A DNA stretch of 64,000 bases from the NCBI GenBank assembly GCA_951406725.2, contig OX597818.1, positions 113,956,001-114,020,000 of the forward strand. Direction: 5' to 3'. Of the stretch, positions 37,066-47,685 are shown piece after piece. Under the pieces are notes generated by a model that was not told where the DNA came from, did no database searches, and was given only the letters and a program-made list of their open reading frames with translations. The position numbers and the translations under genes are program-made. The stretch's first letter is position 1. Each line of letters starts with the position of its first letter. The DNA is from Octopus vulgaris. Taxonomy: Eukaryota.

Positions 37066-37296
37066 ATACATCAACGATGAGTAATCAACGGGATGGTGAT
37101 GGTCTGCCAACTCCCAGGTATGTTATCTACCCTGCAGACAAACTTTGCCTTGACTGGTGGCCTCGTAAAGTACAGAAAGTTGGTGCTGGCTTGCACAACT
37201 TGGGCAATACATGTTTCCTCAACGCAACACTGCAATGCCTGTCCTATACACCACCTCTAGTCAACCATTTACTTGGGGATGAACACACAAATAGCT
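37066..37296 (+). CDS. USP36: USP36/42 exon 2, Cys box
   Basis: ttcag acceptor; ...[27 protein letters not shown]... (catalytic Cys codon 37212-37214); donor gtgagt, phase 1. Confidence 0.96.
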
Positions 37297-37722
37297 GTGA
37301 GTAAACAATTTTTAGCTGAATTTATTCTCGTGGTTACTCTTTTTTTTATCCATTCTTTCCCCAATCTGTTTCTATTTATTTTTTCCTTAATCAACTTCTT
37401 CCACTTTATCGTTATCTACTCATGCCATTTTTTTGTCCCCTTTAACATTTCTTCCTTATCAACCGTTCATTGTCTCTTAGTTTGCTGTCCTTTTTCATCT
37501 CTTTCAGTTATTGTCTTTTCTTTTTGTTCTTATACACACCTCCATTTCCCTATCTTAACCACTGTTCTTTATTTCCCTATGTAACCTGTATGTCTCACAC
37601 TTGAGATAAAATGAAATGCTACTGAGAGGAGAGATACACTGCTTGGGTAACAGACTCATAACTAACACAGGTAACAACAGTGCTCAGGAACATCTCTGAA
37701 GTCTTTATTTATTTTCTTACAG

Positions 37723-37833
37723 GCAAACAAGTAGGTTTCTGTATGATGTGTGAGCTTCAAACACACATACGACGCAGCTATGAAAATTCTGGCCATGCAA
37801 TAAAACCTCAATCTATTTTGCAAAAGTTGAAAG
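37723..37833 (+). CDS. USP36: USP36/42 exon 3
   Basis: ttacag acceptor; CKQVGFCMMCELQTHIRRSYENSGHAIKPQSILQKLK; donor gtatgt, phase 1. Confidence 0.95.
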
Positions 37834-38315
37834 GTATGTTATGCAAAACATCTTTTATCTCTATTGTTTACTTAGTGTTAAGATTCTAGTTCTCTCTAAT
37901 TACCTAAAATATTCCATAGTTTTACCTGTAGGTAAGACCTTGGTGAATCCAAGTTATGAAATAGTTTCACATCTCCAGTTTTAGTAGTCTGAAATCATTT
38001 TGATAACCAATGCCCTTCAGAAAAGCACAAGTAATTTAAAATTTCATTTTCTTTTCCTTACATGGTTTATGCTGAGGTAAGATAATTGGAATTATGGAAA
38101 ATAATTTGTTGTGTATCCCCTTCCTTGTGTTTCTTTCCCCAAACGAGAGTGAGTTCAACTAAATAAACTGGTATGTACATTATCTTTAGACATAAGCACA
38201 AGTCATTTTGTCCAATACCAACTTAGCACTGTCAGAGGTTTTATATTATATATCAGTTAATGATCCTTGATTTGTGTTACTATATTATCAAATACTCTGT
38301 TGTCTCTTTTTACAG

Positions 38316-38418
38316 TAATAGCTAAACATATGCACTTTGGTCGACAAGAAGATGCCCATGAATTCCTACGCTACTTGGTTGATGCTTTGCAAAAGTCCTG
38401 TCTGAATGGTTATTTAAA
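38316..38418 (+). CDS. USP36: USP36/42 exon 4 (QEDAHEFL motif)
   Basis: Read directly (not in ORF track): [35 protein letters not shown]; tacag acceptor, gtaatt donor, phase 2. Confidence 0.95.
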
Positions 38419-38724
38419 GTAATTTTCATTTTCTATTCCTTCTGTCAAAAACAACACTTCACGCACTTTCAACTTGCTTTTCTGTTTTTCAACATTGTTG
38501 ACTTTCATTTCTTTTGTTTATGAAAATTATTTCTGTGTCTGTGTAGTTTTGTATTCTTAAAGTTTAGTTTTCTGGTAGGTATCACAGACATCGGTTGGCT
38601 TTCCCAGTTCTGTAATGCTTTGTTCATATAAAGGCTATTTTTGTTTCTTAGTTACTGATTTACAAGAAAGATTTTTCAGTTGTGTATTCAAGGAAATGTT
38701 ATTTCTGACCATTTTGCATTATAG

Positions 38725-38792
38725 GTTAGACAAGTACAGTAGAGAAACCACAGTAATCAATCAGATATTTGGAGGATTTCTGCGCAGTCAAG
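38725..38792 (+). CDS. USP36: USP36/42 exon 5
   Basis: LDKYSRETTVINQIFGGFLRSQ; atag acceptor, gtgagt donor, phase 1. Confidence 0.95.
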
Positions 38793-38999
38793 GTGAGTAA
38801 AGTAGCTGTTTAGTTTTAATGTTTCACCTGTTATTAATTATTCATAGTAATTTTAATAATTTAGCTTTATAGTTGTAAATAAATGAGAAACAATATGGCT
38901 TTAGTTAGAAACGTTTTATTTCCCTGTGCTTAGATGTTGCGAGTTACTTATTTGTGGTTCAAATATATTTCCTTCTTTTATATGTAATGCTTGTTTACA

Positions 39000-39327
39000 A
39001 GCATGGCCGTGTGGTGAGAAGCTTGCTTCCCAACCACATGGTTCCAGGTTCAGTCCCACTGTGTGGCATCTTAAGCAAGAGACTTCTGCTGTAGCATCGA
39101 GCAGACCAAACTCTTGTAGTGAATTTTGTAGACAGAAACTGAAAGAAGCCTGTTGTATATGTATGTGTGTGTGTCCCTCTACCACTTGGCAACTGATGTT
39201 TGGTATGGTTACATCTCCGTAACTTAGCAGTTCAATGAAAGAGACTGATAGAATAAGTACCAGGCTTTAAAAAAAGTACTGAGGTCTATTTATTCAACCA
39301 AAAAAAACTTTGAGGCAGTGCCCCAGG
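39000..39327 (+). mobile_element. tRNA-derived SINE family A
   Basis: A/B boxes and core as at 7641. Confidence 0.8.
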
Positions 39328-40182
39328 GTGTATGCTTTTGTCCTTTGTGTGTATACACACAGATACATACATGTAACTTTTATGTATAAATTATTTTTGT
39401 ATGAGAACGGCAATAATAAACAATGACTAATGAGCTATTGTTAATCACTACTTATCTTTTAGAAGGTAGTGGTTGCAGATGATGTTTGGAAATTCTGTAC
39501 CAGTTGGGCTGGGAAGAGCCTCCATGGCCAATGCTTCAACACTGGAATTTATCCTACATAGAAGCTGGCTTTTGCTTATAAACTTTTTTCTGTGTCCACT
39601 GATTGGCAGTGATAGGCTTTAAGGGCAAGAACAATTGGAATTGGCACTGAAGGGACCTGGTCTGAATGCTTGCAGTAGAGTTAACTCTGCTAAAGACATT
39701 CAAGGACTAAGTTTGACATGGGCAACCTTACTCAAGAAGTGGGCTGCATGAGACATGGCTCTACATCAGGCAGGACACGCTGCTACTATATTATATTACT
39801 TGTGAAATTAGATGTGTCATTCTGAAAGTCCTTGCCAGCCAGTTTGCCCTTGACTGGTCTAGGTGGTGTCTGTTACAGTATATGTTGTGTGTGTGTGTGT
39901 ATATATATATATACACACACACACACACATACATACATACATGTTTTATATATATATATATATATAAAATTAATTAAGGGTAGAAATCAATATTTATCAA
40001 TTAAAACCAGTGGTCTAACATATTAAAAAAATCCGAAGATTAAATATTTATATATACCAATTAAGGACTGAACACGAAAAAGTGGACAGTCAACATGCTA
40101 GATATAGACGTGTTCAGTCCTTAATTGGTATATATATATATACACACATACATATATATATATACACACACATACATACATG

Positions 40183-40347
40183 ACGGGGTGCTGAAAAGTT
40201 CCTAGTTTTAAGGGTATCACTCCTGGTTGGAGGCCCAACCTTCTGAGTTCTTTTACAGGGATTAGAAATTTTGAATAAAATCATTATTAAGTGATCCTCC
40301 TGTATTTTCTTTTACCTAAAGCCAGGAATTTTTCAGTACTTCATTGT
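40183..40347. mobile_element. mariner-like MITE
   Basis: GGGGTGCTGAAAAGTTCCT..TTT / AAAGCCAGGAATTTTTCAGTACTTC inverted ends. Confidence 0.55.
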
Positions 40348-40354
40348 ATATATT

Positions 40355-40397
<43 letters not shown>

Positions 40398-40741
40398 TCA
40401 CGCACATGTTGTGGACATTAGAAAAATAATTATCTTTCTTCATTTACATTAAGTATATAAATTACTCTCCCTTTCTTCAAATTGTAACTTAATCCTTTTG
40501 TTACCATATTTCTGTTAAGATGCTCTGTGTTTCTTTCAGTTAATTTTAAATATAACAAAGAATTTAGTAAAATATTTTAGCTAGTATTAGGAATATAAAT
40601 TGTGACTAAGGTTTAGTGGAAGATTTTTAATTCAGAACTTTTGAAAACAAGATATTTGTACTATAGAGCCAGAGGTGGTATCAAAAAGGTTAAATAACTG
40701 TTTCTGTCTTTAAATTTTTTGCATTTATTTTTTTATTTTAG

Positions 40742-40812
40742 TTCAATGTATGCGATGTAAAGAGAAATCAAACACCTATGATCCATACCTGGATATCAGT
40801 TTAGATATAAAG
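40742..40812 (+). CDS. USP36: USP36/42 exon 6 (fingers CxxC)
   Basis: VQCMRCKEKSNTYDPYLDISLDIK; tttag acceptor, gtaact donor, phase 0. Confidence 0.95.
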
Positions 40813-41049
40813 GTAACTACATGCATATGTCTCTCTATTTATCTTTCATTTTGTGATTTTTTTTTTTTTGCCATATCTCTCCATCTCCTCTTTCGTGCCT
40901 TTTCAATTGAAAATGTTCTCTCATTCACTCTGTCTCGTTCCTCTTTTTCATCATATTTCTTTTGTTTTTCCTCCTTCTGATTCCGTCTGTATTTTTTCAT
41001 TGTTTTCTCCCTTTCTGTTTTTTTCAACAATTTCTCTGTATTTTCACAG

Positions 41050-41132
41050 AATGTACCATCTTTAGAACGAGCGTTTGAGAAATATGTCACAGCTGAAGTT
41101 TTGGATCATGATAATTCCTACATGTGTACCAG
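41050..41132 (+). CDS. USP36: USP36/42 exon 7
   Basis: NVPSLERAFEKYVTAEVLDHDNSYMCTR; cacag acceptor, gttagt donor, phase 2. Confidence 0.95.
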
Positions 41133-42036
41133 GTTAGTAGAATCTGTTCCTCTCTAATTCTAGTACTCTAATTCTCTGTTTCTATAAATTGTATGTTAGT
41201 AATAATCCATCATTGTGACCATGACAATGATGTGGAAGAGGATAATGATGATGATGATATTAGAGAAATTGATGTGTTAGATTCTTTCTACTTTGGTATC
41301 CTGCATGAGTTCAGATCTCTCAAAAGCTTGTGTTTCATAACACAAGACTTAATATAATCTCCTTGTTCAGAATAGATCTATTTAACTATAATAATTTCCC
41401 TAAAGTACCCTTTTCTAGCAAGTGGGTGTAGTAAAACGTTATTAGTAGATGTGCAGTAGCAGAATAGAGGTAGCCTATCACTGCATCCACCATTTATTGG
41501 TGATACCCTACCACTTGGAGCAAATGATGCCTCAACACCACTCCAGTGATAACCCTCATAACTAAGGGTTTGTTTGGGTTGTTGTTGCTGGTGAGGAATT
41601 TTCGAGCTCAGAGTACAAATCCTACCTCAACCATGTTTAGTCACCTTTTATGACACACAGAGGAAATGCTGGAGTCACCTTCTATGGCAAACAGAGGAAA
41701 TGTTGGGTCTCTTCTAGTCCCTACATAGCATTAGAGCAATGTGAAATGACATGTTTTATTCAGGAAGACATCACCCAGTCCGGGAATTGAACCCCTGGTC
41801 TGACAATTGTGATTGCAACACCCTAACCACTGGTCCACATGCCTAGTGGTTAGTGTGGACATGGTTGTGCAGTAAATAGGGCTTTTGAGTTTGTGGCCTG
41901 GTTTTGACTCCCCTTTTTGTAAAGGATTTTGGGAAATGTATGAGCAGCATGGTCCTACTCTGCCTTTTTCTTTTTAAAAGTATCTTCCTCAATTCTAATG
42001 ACTTGCATTTCATTATAAATCCTTATTTTTTTACAG

Positions 42037-42114
42037 GTGTCAACGCAAAGTAGTTGCTGAAAAGCGCTTTACCATCCATAAACCTTCCAATGTTTTAACA
42101 ATTCAATTGAAAAG
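42037..42114 (+). CDS. USP36: USP36/42 exon 8
   Basis: CQRKVVAEKRFTIHKPSNVLTIQLKR; ttacag acceptor, gttcgt donor, phase 2. Confidence 0.95.
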
Positions 42115-42366
42115 GTTCGTTTTATTGATTTGATTTGCTACTATAACCATTTATTGATTGTTGTTATTTTCAGATAATCAGGGGTATTTGAGTTTGTAAA
42201 AATAATACTGTATTTGATTAAATACCATACTATATTTAGTTTCATTCTTCTCCACCTTCCAAAGTTTACCCTTTGCATCTTTCCATCTCTTATATATTAG
42301 GTACCAGTAATATACTGAAGTTACGTTATACTGTTCTTCTAACTCTGACCGTTTAATAACCTAGTT

Positions 42367-43938
42367 CAGTGGTTCTCAACCAGAGGCCACAAGACCTTTG
42401 GGGGGTCAATATAAAATTTTGTTGTTAAAAATTACTTGCAAAAAATTCGCTATACTTCTACAATGCACAAAATATTTTCGCAGTTTTGTTTATACAATTC
42501 TTAATTATATTTAATTCATCGTCAAACGTCTGTTGTCCATGCTGGTATGGATTGGATGGTTTCACCAGGGCTGGCAAGCTGGAAGGCTGCACCAAACTCC
42601 AGTCTGATTTGGCATGGTTTCTTCAACTGGTTTCCCCTTCCTAATGCCAACCTCTCTGAGAGTGTAATGGGTGCTTTTATGTGCCACCAGCACGACACCG
42701 GTATCTGCCATGACTGCAGTTTTACTCAGTTTGATGGATCTTCTTCTCAAGCACAACATAATGCAAAAGGTCTTGGTCATTGCCTCTGTGAGGCCCAACA
42801 CTCAAAAGGAGCTCAACCACTTAGCCTCTATGAGGCCTAACACTTAAAAGGTGCTTTTTACATGCCACCACCACGGGTGCCAGTAACATGATACAAGCAT
42901 CAGCCATGTCTACAACTTCACTTGGCTTGATGCATCTTCTCAAGCACAGCATACCACCAAAGGTCTCAGTCACTAGTCATTGCCTTCACGAGGCCCAAAG
43001 TTTGAAGACTATGCTTCACCACCTGGTCTCTTGTCTCCTTGGGTCTACCTCTACCACAGGTTCCCTCCTCAGTGAAAGATCAGCATTTCTTTTATACAGC
43101 TGTCCTTGTCCATATGCATCGCATGACCATACCAGCGCAGTAGGCTTTCTTGCACACCATACCTAATGCCAAAGATTACACTCTGTTGAACATGCATTCT
43201 GATATTGCACATCCAGCGAAGCATACTGGCTTAATTTCTTTCAAGCCTACAGATGTCCTTGGCTGTCACAGACCATGTTTTACTGCCATGTAGCATAGCT
43301 ATTCGCACACAGGTATCATACAATGTGCCTTTCACTCTGAGAAAGAGGCCCTTTGTTGCCTGTAGATGTAGGAGCTCTCTGAACTTTGCCCAGCCTTATC
43401 TTATTCTCACAGCTACACTCTTGGTGCATCCACCTCTGCTACTAATTCGGTCACCTAGATAACAGAAGCTATCTACTACCTCTAGCTTATCTCATTGACA
43501 GCTGATAGAGTCTATTTTCTGTGCATTTTTGGTGTTTATTGTACCTGTGCATTTTCCACTCACAAAAGCAATTTTCCCAGTTAACCTTCTTCTGATATTG
43601 GTGCACCTTTTATTTGTCCAAAGCTTTTACTGGGTGCATCTTATGGCGTTTCTACCTACCCCTTTTCTACAGATCGAGCAGGGCCATCTACCTGAAGGAT
43701 TTGTGATTTGTTCGCCATCCTGCTTATTAAGACTTTGGTTTTTGCTAGGTTAACTCTAAGACCCTTCAGTTCTAGACCTTGCATCTATACCTGGAACTTG
43801 TCTAGTTCTGGTAGTGATTCAACTTAATTATAAAAAACAATAGAGTTCTTTAAAAATTAAATGGCTATGAGGCTCCATATGAGTAAAATAGGAATCTGAG
43901 GGGTCCATAGGCATAAAAAAAATGGTTGACAGCCTCTG
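42367..43938. mobile_element. hAT MITE interrupted by the RTE insertion
   Basis: TIRs CAGTGGTTCTCAACC / GGTTGACAGCCTCTG; approximate 8-bp TSD acctagtt/atttagtt. Confidence 0.65.
42518..43823 (-). mobile_element. RTE-clade LINE fragment (same family as 13448-15123)
   Basis: Reverse complement encodes GRWPCSICRKGVGRNAIRC..., plus shared 3'UTR. Confidence 0.88.
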
Positions 43939-44097
43939 ATTTAGTTTATCATTAAAACTGAACTGTAATTGTTCTTTCTACTTGTTCTCTTAACACACTG
44001 TTTGTCTTTTGACTGTCAGACCACAGAATATTCTTACTAACTGTCAAAAACATTTTTCATTATATATTTTTCAATTAATTTGTTGCAATATTTTCAG

Positions 44098-44188
44098 ATT
44101 TGATTACAACCGGTACTTTGGCAAAATTGTCCGGCACATCAGCTTTCCAGAGAAACTTAATCTTCGTCCTTATATGAGTATTAGACAG
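44098..44188 (+). CDS. USP36: USP36/42 exon 9
   Basis: FDYNRYFGKIVRHISFPEKLNLRPYMSIRQ; ttcag acceptor, gtaagg donor, phase 0. Confidence 0.95.
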
Positions 44189-45202
44189 GTAAGGGACCAC
44201 TTCTATCTGGTTGTTTCTACTAATCTAGCCTCTTGAATATATTGAGGCAGGGTATTTGTACTATTAGCAAATATTGTATACATGTATATGTGTGTGTTAG
44301 TGTACTTGCCAAAATGAATCTTCATTGGCTTGGCACAGTTCTAACTCAATTGCTTGCATATGTCCAAAGCTTACACTGGGTGCATCTTATGGAGTTTCTA
44401 CCTACAATTTTTCTACAGATCGAACAGGGCCATCTACTTGAAGGCATTTGTGATTTGTTTGCCTTCCTACTTACTAAGACTCTGCATGTTCTTTCAACTT
44501 GCTGCTACTTCCTGTTATTCTATACTACTTGGCAAGACTGTCTGTGGCATTGTCCAGTAAACAAGGGATATCTGTGGATATGATTTAATTTGGTGAATCG
44601 GCAGCATTGTTATGACTGGAATACCATGAAGTGGATGATTGCTTATTTTGTCCTAATTTTTGTGAGTGGAAGTAATGTCAGAGAGCACTGAAGTAGAGCT
44701 AACTTGTTAGTGTTTAAACTAGCCATATCTGGTCAAAGTACTATACATGTTTTATGTTCAAACTGGCCAGATCTGGCCTCTCACACCAGTCCTACAATGT
44801 CATTCTAAAAATGACATTGGCCACATAAAATGTGTCCATGCTGGAGTCACATAAAAAGCACTCAGTACACTCTGTAAAGTCATTGGTAAGGGCATCCAAC
44901 CATAGAAACCTTGCCAAAAACAGACTGGAATCTGGTGCAGCCCTCTGGCTTGCTAGCTCCTGTTCAATGATTCAACCCATGCCAGCATGGAAAACAGATG
45001 TTAACTGGTGATGAAACATTCACATCATCATAATCTCAAATCTTGCAAGATAATGCATGATTAATTCAATAAGCATTACATTTGACAGGTTAATGTGAAT
45101 GCTAAAGCATTAAGCCATTAGCTGAATCAGAATTTCTCCAGTTGCTCAAGATTTCAACTGATTGATTCTTTAACCATTACTTCAAACTTTTTCTTCTTTC
45201 AG

Positions 45203-45328
45203 GGTGAATCACTGATGTATAAACTCTATGCTGTACTTGTACATACTGGTCATTCCTGTACATCTGGTCATTATTTTGCATATGTACGGCCTTCCAACCA
45301 ATCTTGGTATTGCATGAATGATAGTTCG
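45203..45328 (+). CDS. USP36: USP36/42 exon 10, His box
   Basis: [42 protein letters not shown] (catalytic His 45269-45271, Asp 45320-45322); donor gtaagt. Confidence 0.96.
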
Positions 45329-45582
45329 GTAAGTAAATTATTTTCTGTTTCTCAGTCTGTTTTGTATCACCTGATTCATTACATGTGTACATCAAGCATT
45401 AACATACAAGCTAAAGCTAAACTACATTTGTTAACTGAACCACATACAGTCCAGATATCAGCTTAATATTAAAATCACTATATTGTATTGTCTGCTGTTG
45501 TTGGAGACTTGTGCACTACCATTTGATTGTTTTCTCATCTGTGTTACAAATACAGAAATATCAGAAGATGCAACTATGTATC

Positions 45583-45960
45583 TTTTATCTTTTACTTGTT
45601 TCAGTCATTTGACTGAGACCATGCCGGGGTTACCACCTTAAAGAGTTTCTAGTTGAATGAAATGACCCTAGTACTCTTTTTTTTAATCTTGGTACTTACT
45701 CTTTTGGTCTCCTTTACTGAACTGCTAAGTTTCTGAGATGCAAACACATCCAAAACTGGTTGTCAAATAGTAGTAGGGGACAAACGCACACACATGACTG
45801 ACTTCTTCAGTTTCTGTCTACCAAATTCACTCACAAGACTTTGGTCTGCCTGAGGCTATAGTAGAAGACACTTGGACACTTGCTCAAACAAAGTGCCATG
45901 CAGTGGGAATGAACCTGGAACCATGTGGTTAGAAAGCAAACTTCTTACCACTCTGCCACA
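45583..45960 (-). mobile_element. tRNA-derived SINE family A
   Basis: Reverse-complement similarity; further minus copies at 48089-48450, 55743-56020, 56625-56976. Confidence 0.8.
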
Positions 45961-46026
45961 TTTTTTTTTTAGTTATTATGCCAATTTTTTAGCTGAAATA
46001 TAAGGCATTATTATTACGGTCCTAAA

Positions 46027-46240
46027 GGTGGTGAGCTAGCAGAATTGTTAGCACGCCGGGTGAAATGCTTAGAGGTATTTCGTCTGTCACTAAGTTTTGA
46101 GTTCACATTCTGCCATAGTCGACTTTCCCTTTCATCCTTTCAGGGTTGATAAATTAAGTACTAGTCAAGCATTGGGATCGATGTAATCAATTATCTCCCT
46201 CCCCTAAATTTCAGGCTGTGTGCCTGTAATAGAAAGGATT
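46027..46240 (+). mobile_element. tRNA-derived SINE family B
   Basis: ggtggtgagctagcagaattgttagc head, CCTTTCATCCTTT..GGGTTGATAAATTAAGTAC central domain; copies at 29460-29812 (partly duplicated) and 58777-58990. Confidence 0.75.
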
Positions 46241-47253
46241 ATAATTAGACTTAATTGCTTTTTTTCTTAAGCAATTACAATTCATTTCAAAAAATGTAAT
46301 TTTAATGTTTTTGCTCCAAAATGTGTAAAATGTTATCTTAAAAAATTACTTCTGAAAAATATAATTATAAACTTTCTCTGTATATAGACTACAAAAAATA
46401 GTTTAATATTAGGGCATATAAACCCTTAATTTTATTTTTTGTCCCCACCCCCCTATCAATGGGTTTATATACCCCAATATTAGACTAAGCAAAGTCTTGG
46501 GAGTGGATATGTTAAATGAAAACTGAAAGAAGTTCATCTTTGTGTGTGTTACTGTCTCTTTGTTTTGATATAGCACGATAGAGTTGTAATCAAGTGTCAC
46601 TGTCAAGCAAGTGGTGTCCTTTGTTTCCAGTCTTCTGTGAAAAGCATGTCTGGTTTTGGGAACAAGTGAAGGTTGGCAACAAGAAAGGCATTCAGCCATA
46701 GAAAATCTGCCTCAACAAATTCCAATTGACCTATACAAGCATGGAAAAGTGGATGTTGCAACAGTGATGATGTCTTAAGAGATATTAAAATTAATTGTTT
46801 GGTATTACTATGTATGTGCACACACATTAGTATACCCATGCTGTCAAAGATTAATGCATTTTGGAAATGAACTGACTGGAACTTTAAATAAGTGAATTGT
46901 CATAATATACCCTCTTTATATATGACAAAAACTTGTTAAAACACATAATATATTGCAAGGCTATCCATGCTCAAACCTAATTACCACTCCATTCAAACTC
47001 ACGTACTCAGAATAGAGAGTATATAAAGCCAGTAGTAACTCTTATGCATTGCAGTCTAACAATGGCTTGACTGGCTGAAACTTCCAAGTCTCTGTCAACA
47101 ATATTCTTGTTTAAGAATAATAAATATATCACTATATGTCAGTTTTTCAGTATATCAGCACAGAATATATTTCCTATAGTTATTGTGAATTTGTTGGTAT
47201 ATAAAATACATTACAACTTTCATGTATGGAAATATGTATATATTTGCAATACA

Positions 47254-47296
<43 letters not shown>

Positions 47297-47297
<1 letters not shown>

Positions 47298-47515
47298 AAA
47301 ATGTGACTGTGTGTGTACCGTTGGCAATTTTTTTTTTTTTCCTGTCTTCCCTTCTCTGGATCTTTCCTTTTCCTATGTTTCTGACAAAGAGCTCTGCTCG
47401 AAACGTAAAACCCTCCTTCTTCCCTTCCTTCCTGAGCATCCAATAATACTATATTTGTTCCACATCTTCGCGTTGTTGTGTTTTCTCTTTGTGTTTTCAT
47501 GTTTGGATTAACTTT
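47297..47515 (+). mobile_element. Short Penelope-pLTR-like insert in a (TA)n tract with minimal hammerhead motif at 47377-47411
   Basis: GTTT CTGACAA A GAGC tct GCTC GAAAC GTA^ AAAC; flanked by (TA)n on both sides. Confidence 0.6.
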
Positions 47516-47601
47516 ATATATATATATGTGTGTCTGTGTTTGTAATGTTATAAAGGTTATCCCTGGTAATTGTCAGTCTCTCTCTCTCTCTTTATGTTTA
47601 G

Positions 47602-47685
47602 GTGACAGAAGTGAGTGCTTCACGAGTGTTTGAATCAGAGGCTTATATGTTGTTCTATCTTCGTTGCAAAGAAAAAAAAGCTGCA
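47602..47685 (+). CDS. USP36: USP36/42 exon 11 (end of USP domain)
   Basis: VTEVSASRVFESEAYMLFYLRCKEKKAA (AYxLFY motif); tttag acceptor, gtaagt donor, phase 0. Confidence 0.93.
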
